Source: Candidatus Eiseniibacteriota bacterium
GTDB lineage: Bacteria; Eisenbacteria; RBG-16-71-46
DNA length: 64,000 nucleotides
Direction of reading: 5' to 3'
Assembly (NCBI GenBank): GCA_963725865.1
Contig: CAVSAC010000012.1
Coordinates: 1,344,001 to 1,408,000 of the forward strand
The position numbers and the translations under genes were made by a program. Below, piece after piece: positions 19,358-28,322 of this stretch. Under the pieces are notes generated by a model that was not told the origin of the DNA, ran no database searches, and worked only from the letters and a program-made list of their open reading frames with translations. Positions within the stretch are counted from its first letter, which is position 1; every line of letters begins with the position of its first letter.

Positions 19358-21838
19358 GTGATGCCCGACGAGACCATCGGCAGCAATCCGCCCCCCGACC
19401 GCGCCCCCCGCCCGAGCGGCGGAGCGCCCGACGAGACGATCGGCATGGTGCCGGCCGCCGGCCGTGACTCGGGCGCGCGGGGCGCGCGGGAGGATCTCCC
19501 GGGTCCGATCGGTCCCTATCGCTTGCTCGAGCGGCTCGGCGAAGGCGGGATGGGCGAGGTCTATCTCGCCGAGCAGACTGGGGCCATCCGCCGCCACGTG
19601 GCGCTCAAGATCATCAAGCAGGGCATGGACACCCGCGAGGTGGTGGCGCGCTTCATGGCCGAGCGCCAGGCGCTCGCGATGATGGACCACCCCTGCATCG
19701 CCCGCGCGTTCGACGCCGGCGCCACCGAGCAGGGTCGGCCGTACTTCGTCATGGAGTACGTGGACGGTTTGCCGATCACCGACTACTGCGACCGCCATCG
19801 ACTCGGGACGCGCGAGCGCCTCCGTCTCTTCATCCGGGTCTGCGACGGCGTCCAGCACGCGCACCAGAAGGCGATCATCCACCGCGACCTGAAGCCGCAC
19901 AACGTTCTCGTCACGCTGGTGGACGGCCAGCCGGTGCCGAAGATCATCGACTTCGGGATCGCGAAGGCGACCGGGCAGGCGCTCACCGAACAGACGATGT
20001 TCACGGCGCTCGGCCAGATGGTCGGGACCCCGGAGTACATGAGTCCCGAGCAGGTCGAGATGGCGGGCGAGGACATCGACACCCGCACCGACGTCTATTC
20101 GCTGGGCGTCATCCTCTACGAGCTGCTCGCGGGAGCGCCGCCGTTCGATCCGGCCGAGTTCCGGCGCGAGGGCTTCGAGGCCATCCGTCGCCGCATCCGC
20201 GAGCAGGACCCGGTGAAGCCGAGCACGCGCGTGGGCGCGTCCGGCAGCCCCTCCACCCTGTCGGCCCGCGACCGCGGGATCTCGCCGGATCGGCTGGCGA
20301 CAGAACTCCGGGGCGACCTCGACTGGATCACCCTGAAGGCGCTCGAGAAGGACCGGGCGCGACGCTACGCGACCGTCAACGGGCTGGCGCAGGACATCCA
20401 GCGTCACCTGAACCACGAACCGGTGCTGGCCTCGCCCCCCAGCGCGACCTACCTGATGGCGAAGCTGGTGCGCCGGCATCGGACCGCCTTCGCGGCGCTG
20501 GGCGCGATCCTCGTGATCCTCGCGGGCGCCGCGGCGCTCTCGACCACGCTCTACTTCCAGGCGCGACGGGAGTCCCGCCGCGCGCACGAGGAGGCCGCGC
20601 GCTCCGAGCAGGTGGCGACGTTCATGCGCGACATGCTGGCGGGCGTCGGACCCTCCGTGGCGCAGGGGCGCGACACGAAGATGCTGCGCGAAATCCTCGA
20701 GAAGACCGGGAGGCGGGTGGAGCGCGGTCTCGCGGGCCAGCCGGTGGTGGAAGCCGAGATGCGGTCGGTGCTCGGCACCACGTACGCCGATCTCGGCGAG
20801 TACGAGACCGCGCGGTCGAATCAGGAGCACGCGCATGCGCTGCTCCTGGCGCAGGTCGGCGAGCGCGACCCGCGCACGCTGCGCATCGCGATGAACCTGG
20901 GCGAGCTCCAGTACCGGCTCGGCAACCTGCAGGCCGCCGAGTCGATCCTCGTCCGCACCGGTGTGATCCAGGACGAGGTGCTGGGGCGCGAGCATCCGCA
21001 GTCGCTGGCCACGGCGGGCCGGCTGATGGCCGTCTACGCGTACGACGGTGCGCTCGACAAGGCCGATTCGCTCGGCCAGCGCGTGGTTCCCGCGATGCGG
21101 CGCGTGAGTGGGGACGCGGATCCCGAGACGCGCTCGGCTATGTACACGCTGGCGTCGGTGTACGTCGATCAGCTCAAGCTCGGCAAGGCGGAATCGCTCT
21201 ACGTCGACCTGCTCCGGGTGCAGTCCCGCGAGGACGGACCCGAGCACCCCAACACGCTGTCGGGGCGGGTGGGGCTCGGCTGGGTCTACCGAATGGAGCG
21301 ACGCTACCCGGAGGCCGAGCGCGAGACCCGCGAGGCGCTCGCGGCGATGCGTCGCGTGATGGGCAACGACCATTCCGAGACCCTGGTCGCGGTCAACAAT
21401 CTGGGGATCATCTACAGCGACATGAAGCTCTACGACAAGGCCGCGCCGCTCTACCGAGAGAACTACGAGAGCGGCGTGCGAGTGCTGGGGCCGCGTCACC
21501 CCGAGACGATCGCCGCGCTCGTGAATCTCGCGTGCTTCGACGAGAACCGCGGCCGCTACCGTGAGGGCGAGCGGCTGGCGAGCGAGAGCCTCGACCGCTT
21601 CCAGGGTGTCGTGCCGGACGACCATCCAGGCCGCGGGATCGCGTTCCTCACGCGCGGCGTGGATCGCGCGCATCTCGGGCGCGACCGCGAGGCCGAGCAC
21701 GACCTGCTCGAGGCCAATCGGATCCTGCTGCCGAAGTTCGGCCCCGACCACCGGCGCATCCATCAGCTGCGCGAGACGCTGCGCGGGGTCTACCAGCGGC
21801 TCGGCAGGCCCGACGACGCCGCGAAGTGGCAGGACTGA
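19358..21838 (+). CDS. Ser/Thr kinase with one TM segment and C-terminal TPR repeats
   Basis: LGEGGMGEVY, VALK, IHRDLKPHN, IIDFG, GTPEYMSPEQ, a TM segment, then LG.EHP.T-type TPR repeats. Confidence 0.95.
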   Translation: MMPDETIGSNPPPDRAPRPSGGAPDETIGMVPAAGRDSGARGAREDLPGPIGPYRLLERLGEGGMGEVYLAEQTGAIRRHVALKIIKQGMDTREVVARFMAERQALAMMDHPCIARAFDAGATEQGRPYFVMEYVDGLPITDYCDRHRLGTRERLRLFIRVCDGVQHAHQKAIIHRDLKPHNVLVTLVDGQPVPKIIDFGIAKATGQALTEQTMFTALGQMVGTPEYMSPEQVEMAGEDIDTRTDVYSLGVILYELLAGAPPFDPAEFRREGFEAIRRRIREQDPVKPSTRVGASGSPSTLSARDRGISPDRLATELRGDLDWITLKALEKDRARRYATVNGLAQDIQRHLNHEPVLASPPSATYLMAKLVRRHRTAFAALGAILVILAGAAALSTTLYFQARRESRRAHEEAARSEQVATFMRDMLAGVGPSVAQGRDTKMLREILEKTGRRVERGLAGQPVVEAEMRSVLGTTYADLGEYETARSNQEHAHALLLAQVGERDPRTLRIAMNLGELQYRLGNLQAAESILVRTGVIQDEVLGREHPQSLATAGRLMAVYAYDGALDKADSLGQRVVPAMRRVSGDADPETRSAMYTLASVYVDQLKLGKAESLYVDLLRVQSREDGPEHPNTLSGRVGLGWVYRMERRYPEAERETREALAAMRRVMGNDHSETLVAVNNLGIIYSDMKLYDKAAPLYRENYESGVRVLGPRHPETIAALVNLACFDENRGRYREGERLASESLDRFQGVVPDDHPGRGIAFLTRGVDRAHLGRDREAEHDLLEANRILLPKFGPDHRRIHQLRETLRGVYQRLGRPDDAAKWQD

Positions 21839-21851
21839 GCCCCCCGCCGCG

Positions 21852-22784
21852 TCAGCGGAAGCGGCGCTTGAGCGCCCCCCAGCTCGCGCGCTGCGCGGGG
21901 GTGGTCGCGTCTTCGAAGGGCGTCACGCGGCTGCCCGCGGTCTCCACCACGTACACGTCGCCGAGCCCATTCAGCGCGACCCCGAACGGGCCGGCGAGCC
22001 CCGACAGGACGACGCTCGCCGCGCCGCCAGCCGACTCGAAGCGCGTCACGCGCGCGTTGCCCGCCTCGACGACGAACACCGGTCCGTCTCCCGCCACGGC
22101 GATCGCGATCGGGTAGCCGAGGTCCCCGACGCCCACGCCCGGTTGGCCCCAGCCGCCGAGCGGGATGCCGTCGAGAGTGAAACGCCGCACGCGCTGCGCC
22201 AGGTAGTCCACCACCAGCAGCTCGCCGCTGCGTGTGAGCGCGAGGCCCGCGGGCAACCCGAGCGGGTCGGCGCCGGTGTCGCCGAATGTGGCGAGCGAGG
22301 CGCCGGTCGGGCCGAACACCTGGATGCGATGGTTCGTCGATTCACTCACCAGCACGCGACCATCGGGGGTGACCACGATCCCGAACGGCCGGTCGAGCTG
22401 CCCCGGACCGCTGCCGCGCGTGCCCCACTCGCGCACGTACCCGCCCTCCGGCGAGAACACCTGCACGCGGTAGTTGGAGAAATCCGCGACATAGACTGTG
22501 TCCCCGCGCCCCACGGCGAGGAACTCGGCCTGGTTGAACTGACCGGGTCCCGATCCCGGCGAGCCCCAGGCGTCCACGTACGCGCCGTCGCGGCTGAAGC
22601 GCTGGATCCGGCCGTTGTTCGTGTCCATCACGAGCACCCGGCCCTGCGCGTCGCACGCGATGCCGGTCGGCGACTGGAACTGCCCGGGGCCGGTGCCCGA
22701 GGAGCCCCACGGTGGGATGACCGCCAGCGCGGGCGGGCCGGCCGCGATCAGCGCGGCGACGAGCAGCAAGCCGAGGGAGCGCAC
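21852..22784 (-). CDS. Secreted NHL-repeat beta-propeller with C-terminal WGxxKxxFR tail
   Basis: Signal peptide, six NHL repeats (WG..GSGPGQF..P.GI...D..N.RIQ.F), ending TTPAQRASWGALKRRFR. Confidence 0.9.
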   Translation of the reverse strand: MRSLGLLLVAALIAAGPPALAVIPPWGSSGTGPGQFQSPTGIACDAQGRVLVMDTNNGRIQRFSRDGAYVDAWGSPGSGPGQFNQAEFLAVGRGDTVYVADFSNYRVQVFSPEGGYVREWGTRGSGPGQLDRPFGIVVTPDGRVLVSESTNHRIQVFGPTGASLATFGDTGADPLGLPAGLALTRSGELLVVDYLAQRVRRFTLDGIPLGGWGQPGVGVGDLGYPIAIAVAGDGPVFVVEAGNARVTRFESAGGAASVVLSGLAGPFGVALNGLGDVYVVETAGSRVTPFEDATTPAQRASWGALKRRFR

Positions 22785-22838
22785 GCGGCTACTACACCAC
22801 GCGCGCCCCCCGGATTCCAGCGTCGGGGCGCGGCTCGA

Positions 22839-23432
22839 TCAGCGATAGAGCGACTTGATTCGTCCCCACGTCGACCGATTGGCCGGCGTGGTGCCCGCCA
22901 CCAGGAACCCGCGGATCTCGCCACCCGGGAATTGATTGGTGTGGATGTTGAGGTAGGCCGCGCCGTCCGCGATGCTCTGGAACAGGAAGGCCTCCGCGCC
23001 GGCGAGGCCGCCGTGGGCGGTGACGAAGCTCGGGTTGTAGCTCGTCGCCAGGGTCATGTCCATCGTGATGTCGTAGGTACCGGCGCTGACGTTCAGCGGG
23101 AAGCCGGCGAACGTCGGCGTGGTCGTGGCCACTCCCGCGGTCCCGGTGCCCGGCACGGCGGTGGCCGCGTGGATGTGGGAAGCGGTGGTGATTCCCAATA
23201 GCCCATTGAAGTCGACGTGGACGTGCATGGTGTGTGCGGCTGCGTCGACGTCCACCTGGGCGAGGCCGAGCCCGGGGGACAGATTCGTGGGTGACTCGAC
23301 CGCACCGTTGAGACTGGCGGTGTACGAGACCACGGCCGCGTGTGCGGCAGGGATGGCTCCGACGGTGATCCCGACGAGCAGGGTCAGGGCGAGCCGACAC
23401 GGGGGAAAGTACCGAGTAACGGACGAGCGCAT
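22839..23432 (-). CDS. Secreted CHRD-domain protein with C-terminal WGxxKxxYR tail
   Basis: Signal peptide, ASHIH...AYLNIHT..FPGGEIRG, ending TTPANRSTWGRIKSLYR. Confidence 0.9.
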   Translation of the reverse strand: MRSSVTRYFPPCRLALTLLVGITVGAIPAAHAAVVSYTASLNGAVESPTNLSPGLGLAQVDVDAAAHTMHVHVDFNGLLGITTASHIHAATAVPGTGTAGVATTTPTFAGFPLNVSAGTYDITMDMTLATSYNPSFVTAHGGLAGAEAFLFQSIADGAAYLNIHTNQFPGGEIRGFLVAGTTPANRSTWGRIKSLYR

Positions 23433-23628
23433 GGGGGATGCTCCTCTCTCGATGAACGGGGGTTGAGGCGTCCTGGCTGGAGTCGTCGCGCACGGCCTGC
23501 GGCTTCGAGCTCGCACTGCAGCGAGGCACTCCCTGCTCGCCTCGCCGCACCGCTAGGATAACCGCAGCGCGGAGAATGATCGCACAGCATCGCGCGCTGG
23601 TCAGCAGGCGTAAACGCCATGCCATCCC

Positions 23629-23724
23629 GTGCTCGCGCACTCTCACCTGCTGCCGGGCGTGCGCGGGGACTTCCTGGTCCGACTCGGCCGCCTCGCGGAG
23701 GCGCGCGCCGAGTTCGAGCGCGCG
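23629..23724 (+). pseudogene. Fragment of an ECF42-type (DUF6596/TPR) sigma factor C-terminus
   Basis: HLLPGVRGDFLVRLGRLAEARAEFERA, with no sigma regions 2 or 4 upstream. Confidence 0.7.
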
Positions 23725-23850
23725 GGTGGGCGCCGGAAAGCGGTCGCTCCGGGACGTCCCGCGCCGCATCCAATCGTGCTTGACGAGGACCCAGCCACTC
23801 CGTACCGGGGTGGTCCCCGCTGTACTACCGATCGACACGAGGCACGCAAC

Positions 23851-24264
23851 TTGAGCGAACCGAGATTCGTCGCGACGTGGTCCTCCTGGAGCCCGCAGCT
23901 GCGCAGCGTGCTTCGGATCGTGGCCGCGTTCATGTTCATCCTGCCCGGCACGATGAAGCTGTTCGCGTTCCCGATGGGGATGCCGCCGAACGGCGGGACC
24001 GCACCGCTGATGTCCCAGATCGGGCTCGCCGGCGTGCTCGAGGTGTTCGGCGGCGCTCTGCTCCTGCTCGGACTGTTCACCCGCCCCGTCGCGTTCATCC
24101 TGTCCGGCGAGATGGCGGTGGCGTACTTCCAGGCCCACGCCCCGCACGGCTTCTGGCCGATCGTGAACGGCGGCATGAATGCCGCGCTCTACTGCTTCGT
24201 GTGGCTCTACTTCTCCGCCGCGGGCGCCGGATCGTGGAGCCTCGACGCGGCGCGAAAGCGCTAG
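23851..24264 (+). CDS. DoxX-family membrane protein
   Basis: LRIVAAFMF..PGTMKLF, LLGLFTRPVAFILSGEMAVAYF, GAGSWSLD. TTG start with RBS GAGG. Confidence 0.9.
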   Translation: MSEPRFVATWSSWSPQLRSVLRIVAAFMFILPGTMKLFAFPMGMPPNGGTAPLMSQIGLAGVLEVFGGALLLLGLFTRPVAFILSGEMAVAYFQAHAPHGFWPIVNGGMNAALYCFVWLYFSAAGAGSWSLDAARKR

Positions 24265-24278
24265 GTCGCGCCCGGGCC

Positions 24279-27035
24279 CTAGCGCAGCACGGTCAGTCGC
24301 CGCACCATCCGGCGCTCGCCGTCCACTTCCAGCGCCAGGAAGTAGAGCCCCGGAGTCACCGGCCCGCCGCGATCGTCGCGGCCGTCCCATGCGAGCTGGT
24401 GGGGCCCGGCCGCCAGCCGCGCGTCGACCAGCAGGCGCGTGCGACGACCCGACACGTCGAGGAGCACGAGTCGCGCGTGCTCCGCGCGCGGCAGCGCGAA
24501 CCGGAGCGAGGTCGGCCCGCGGGAAGGATTCGGACGCGCGGCCTCGAGCGCCAGTCGCGGGGCGCCGACCGAGCCCTCGACCGCCGCGGTGCCGACCGGC
24601 TCCAGGAACCAGTTCGTGAGGATCGCGGTCACGTCGCCTTGCAGCTGGGTGTGATCCCAGCGGTACGGGCGCCCCGACAGGAACGCGAAGCGTCCACCGT
24701 GCGGGCGCAGGCCGGCGCCGCCGGCGGGCTTGCGCACCGCGCCGATCCCGCGCGAGGGAGTGAAACCCGAACTGACCCGGAACAACAGCTCGCTCTCGGG
24801 GCTGGCGAGCACGGTGTCGAAAACCGCGACCAGCGACTGAGTCCCGATCGGCGTGAGGTTGGTCAGCCCGGGACGGGTCGCGATGCAGTCTGCGATCGTC
24901 GCGCTCACGATCGCCCAGTTGACGCCCAGGTACGCGCGGAGCGAGTCCCCCAGGAAGCTGTCGCCCATGCGGGACATGAGCAACAGATTTCCGCCGGCGC
25001 GCAGGTACGAGAGTGCCGGGGTGTCCTGCCACGACGCGAGGTCGCCGTTGAAGTTGTTGCCGACCCAGACCACGTTTCGATAGTGGCCGAGCACCTCCGC
25101 GGGCACCGCGCCGTGGCCGAGCGGCGCGGGAAGCGCGGCCGGGTAGCCGCCGGCGGGAGCGTCGAAGTTGTCCCAGAAGTCGACTCCGTAGGCTCCCGAG
25201 AACGCGTGATCGGTGTAGGCGGTGGTGATCTCGGTTCCGTACGTCGCCCAGTCGACCCCGTTCACCAGCAGCACCGGGCGCTCGAACGTCGGATCCGAGA
25301 CGGCGGTCTCGAGGCTCTTGAGGATCCAGCCGTCCGGGTCGATCGCCACCAGCGTCGGCGCGTCGGCGACGTGCAGCACGAAGTCCTGGGACGCCAGCGA
25401 GTCGTCCACGACGAACGGGACGTCCCCTCCCGCCGTGGTCACTCGTACGTCGACGGGCATGTGGAAGCGCTGCCACGACTGGGTCTGCTCGAGCGTCAGC
25501 GTGACGTCCCAGCCGCCCGCGCCGGCCGCCGAGGTCCACGTCGCGCGATAGGCCGGGTAGTACTCGCCGTAGATCCACTGCTGGAAGAAGTCGTTCAGGT
25601 CGCGCCCCGACACGCTCTCGCAGACGTCGCGGAAGTCCTCGGTGGTCGCGCTCTGGTAGCCCCAGAGGGCGTGGTACTGCTGCAGCGAGGCGAAGAAGTC
25701 GGTGTCGCCGAGGACGTGCCGCAACATGTGCAGCACCCACGAGCCCTTGTTGTATGACAGGTTCGCGTCGAACACGCGGTTCTCGTCGGTGGCGTCGGGC
25801 ACGTACACCGTGCCGGGTCCGAGGAAGCGATTGATGTTGATGTCGGCGTGGTAGGCCGCGGGTCCGCCGTTGGCCTCGGCCCACAGTGCCTCGCCGTAGG
25901 TCGCGAACCCCTCGTTGAGCCAGATGTGGTGGAAGTCGCGGCAGGTGACGAGGTCCCCCCACCACTGGTGCGCGAGCTCGTGCGCCACCACCGACTCGTT
26001 GAACACGCCGAGGCTCGTGCAGGTCTGGTGCTCCATGCCGCCGCCGAACTGGAACTGGGCGTGGCCGTACTTCTCGGCGAGGAACGGGTACTCGCCGAAG
26101 TGGACCGCGTAGGCCGCGATCATGTCCTTCACCTTCGCCTGCACCGCGGCCGCCCCGGCGGCGGACTCGGGGTAGTTGTGGAACCGGATCAGCATCGAGT
26201 CACCCGGCGTCGGCCGGTACCAGTCGTCGGTCACGGTGTACGGATAGGCCGCGATCGATACCAGGTAGGTCGCGATCGGGTAGCGCTCGTGCCACTGCGT
26301 GACGGCCTGGGAGGTCCCGCCGATCAGGGTGCGGCCGACGAGCGTGCCGTTCGAGACTGTCGTGAGCGTGTTCGGAGTCGTGAATCGCACGTCGACCGAG
26401 TCGGCCTTGTCCTCGGGCGCGTCCTTGCACGGCCACCACGTGCGGGCGCCGTACGCCTCGGACAGGCTCCAGATCAACTGCCGGCCGTTGACGGTCTGGA
26501 ATCCCATGTAGCCCGACTGGGCGGGATTGCCGTGATAGGTGACGGTCACGTCGACGAGCTCGCCATCCGCGTACGCGCGATCGAGATTCAGCGTCAGCAC
26601 GTTGAGAGCGCGCGACCACGTCGTCGCCGCGCCGCCCGCGGTGGCGGCATCCACCACCATGTTGGCGTAGAGGTCGAGGTCCACCGTCGCGATCGGCCCG
26701 CCAACGACCGCGGCCTTCATGCGCACGGTGCCCGACACCGTGCTGCTGGCCGGCGTGAACGTCAGGTTCAGGTCGTACCACTTCGCGTCGTACTGGAGCT
26801 GGTTGGCGGTCGCGGGCGTCGCCGCGCTGCGCTCGCGGGCGAAGGCCGCCGCCTTCCAGGCCGCGAGGTAGGGCGCCACGTCGGCCTCGTCGCGGATCTC
26901 CTGGCGCCCGTCGGGCAGCGGCGGGAACAGCACGGGAGCGGCGAGCGCGGTCGACGCCACGCTCGCGAGCGCGATCAGGGCCGACAGCGTGGCGACGCGC
27001 AGGGCGGATGGGGCGGTGCGATGGGTGCGACGCAT
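24279..27035 (-). CDS. Secreted M1-family aminopeptidase with FlgD-Ig/T9SS-type C-terminal domain
   Basis: Signal peptide, GGMEH, HELAHQWWG...WLNEGFA, YNKG. CTD PNP...DVSGRR...WDGRD...PGLYF. Confidence 0.93.
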   Translation of the reverse strand: MRRTHRTAPSALRVATLSALIALASVASTALAAPVLFPPLPDGRQEIRDEADVAPYLAAWKAAAFARERSAATPATANQLQYDAKWYDLNLTFTPASSTVSGTVRMKAAVVGGPIATVDLDLYANMVVDAATAGGAATTWSRALNVLTLNLDRAYADGELVDVTVTYHGNPAQSGYMGFQTVNGRQLIWSLSEAYGARTWWPCKDAPEDKADSVDVRFTTPNTLTTVSNGTLVGRTLIGGTSQAVTQWHERYPIATYLVSIAAYPYTVTDDWYRPTPGDSMLIRFHNYPESAAGAAAVQAKVKDMIAAYAVHFGEYPFLAEKYGHAQFQFGGGMEHQTCTSLGVFNESVVAHELAHQWWGDLVTCRDFHHIWLNEGFATYGEALWAEANGGPAAYHADININRFLGPGTVYVPDATDENRVFDANLSYNKGSWVLHMLRHVLGDTDFFASLQQYHALWGYQSATTEDFRDVCESVSGRDLNDFFQQWIYGEYYPAYRATWTSAAGAGGWDVTLTLEQTQSWQRFHMPVDVRVTTAGGDVPFVVDDSLASQDFVLHVADAPTLVAIDPDGWILKSLETAVSDPTFERPVLLVNGVDWATYGTEITTAYTDHAFSGAYGVDFWDNFDAPAGGYPAALPAPLGHGAVPAEVLGHYRNVVWVGNNFNGDLASWQDTPALSYLRAGGNLLLMSRMGDSFLGDSLRAYLGVNWAIVSATIADCIATRPGLTNLTPIGTQSLVAVFDTVLASPESELLFRVSSGFTPSRGIGAVRKPAGGAGLRPHGGRFAFLSGRPYRWDHTQLQGDVTAILTNWFLEPVGTAAVEGSVGAPRLALEAARPNPSRGPTSLRFALPRAEHARLVLLDVSGRRTRLLVDARLAAGPHQLAWDGRDDRGGPVTPGLYFLALEVDGERRMVRRLTVLR

Positions 27036-27151
27036 CGGGGATGGCTCCTCGCCTCGGGGCGATGGGTACGCGGGATGCGATCGCCGGCGGCGTCGCGGGC
27101 GGCGATTGTAGCATCTGTCGCTCGCGGCGAGGGGGCGTTAGGATGCCGCGC

Positions 27152-28267
27152 ATGAGCCGCATCGCTCCGTTGCTCGCCGTCCTGTTCGCCGTCGGCGTCG
27201 CGCTCGGCGCCCCGCGCCCGCTGCGCGCCGATGAGCCCCTGCCCGCGACGGCGGTCGAGCGCTTCGCCGACCTGGCGCTCGCCTGCGTCCAGCAGGAGTA
27301 CCCGAACAAGCTCGCGCACGTGCTCGCGAGCGATGCCGACGCCCTGCCTCCGCGCGCGCTGACGCCGGCCTTCTACGGGTGCTACGACTGGCATTCGGCG
27401 GTGCACGGGCACTGGCTGCTCGCGCGCCTGGCGCGACGCTACCCGGACGCCCCGTTCGCCGCGCACGCGCGCGCCGCGCTCGCCGAAAACCTGACCCCGG
27501 AGCGAATCGCGGCCGAGGTGCGCTACCTGGAGGGGCCCGGTCGCATCTCGTTCGAGCGGCCCTACGGATTGGCGTGGCTGCTCCAGCTGCACGCCGAGCT
27601 GGTGGAGTGGGACGACCCGCAGGCGCGCGAGTGGGCGGCGACCCTCGCCCCGCTCGCCCGCCTGGCCGCCCGGCGGCTCACCGACTGGCTGCCGAAGCTC
27701 TCGGCGCCGATCCGCATCGGGGAGCACAACCAGACCGCGTTCGCGCTGGGCCTCGCGCTCGACTGGGCGCACGCGGTCGGCGACACCGCGAGCGCCGCGG
27801 TCTTCACCGCGACGGTGAAGCGCTTCTACCTCGACGATCGCCGCTGCCCCGTCGACTACGAACCCTCGGGCGAGGACTTCCTCTCGCCGTGCCTGGCCGA
27901 GGCCGACGTGGTCGGCCGCGTACTGACGCCGGGCGAGTTCGCGCGCTGGCTCGATGGGTTCCTCCCCCAACTGCCACGCGACGGCCGGAGCGACTGGCTG
28001 GCGCCCGGCATCGTCACCGACCCGACGGATCCCAAGCTCGCCCACCTCGACGGCCTGAATCTCTCGCGCGCCTGGATGGCCGAGGGGATCGCGGCGCGAC
28101 TGCCCGCGCGCGATGCGCGACGCCCGGCGCTGCTGGCGATGGCGCGCCGGCATCGCGAGTCGAGCCTGCCGCGGGTGACCGGCGAGCGCTACGAGGGCGG
28201 CCACTGGCTCGGCACCTTCGCGACTTACCTCGTGACCGGGCGCGGGCTGCCCACGTCTCCGCGCTAG
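27152..28267 (+). CDS. DUF2891-family secreted protein
   Basis: QEYPNK, PAFYGCYDWHSAVHGHW, FERPYG, HLDGLNLSRAW, YEGGHWLGTFA. Confidence 0.9.
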   Translation: MSRIAPLLAVLFAVGVALGAPRPLRADEPLPATAVERFADLALACVQQEYPNKLAHVLASDADALPPRALTPAFYGCYDWHSAVHGHWLLARLARRYPDAPFAAHARAALAENLTPERIAAEVRYLEGPGRISFERPYGLAWLLQLHAELVEWDDPQAREWAATLAPLARLAARRLTDWLPKLSAPIRIGEHNQTAFALGLALDWAHAVGDTASAAVFTATVKRFYLDDRRCPVDYEPSGEDFLSPCLAEADVVGRVLTPGEFARWLDGFLPQLPRDGRSDWLAPGIVTDPTDPKLAHLDGLNLSRAWMAEGIAARLPARDARRPALLAMARRHRESSLPRVTGERYEGGHWLGTFATYLVTGRGLPTSPR

Positions 28268-28322
28268 CCGGGTCGCCGCGCCCGCGTTCCGATCGGCGCG
28301 GCGCCGGCGCGCACGCGGCGGC

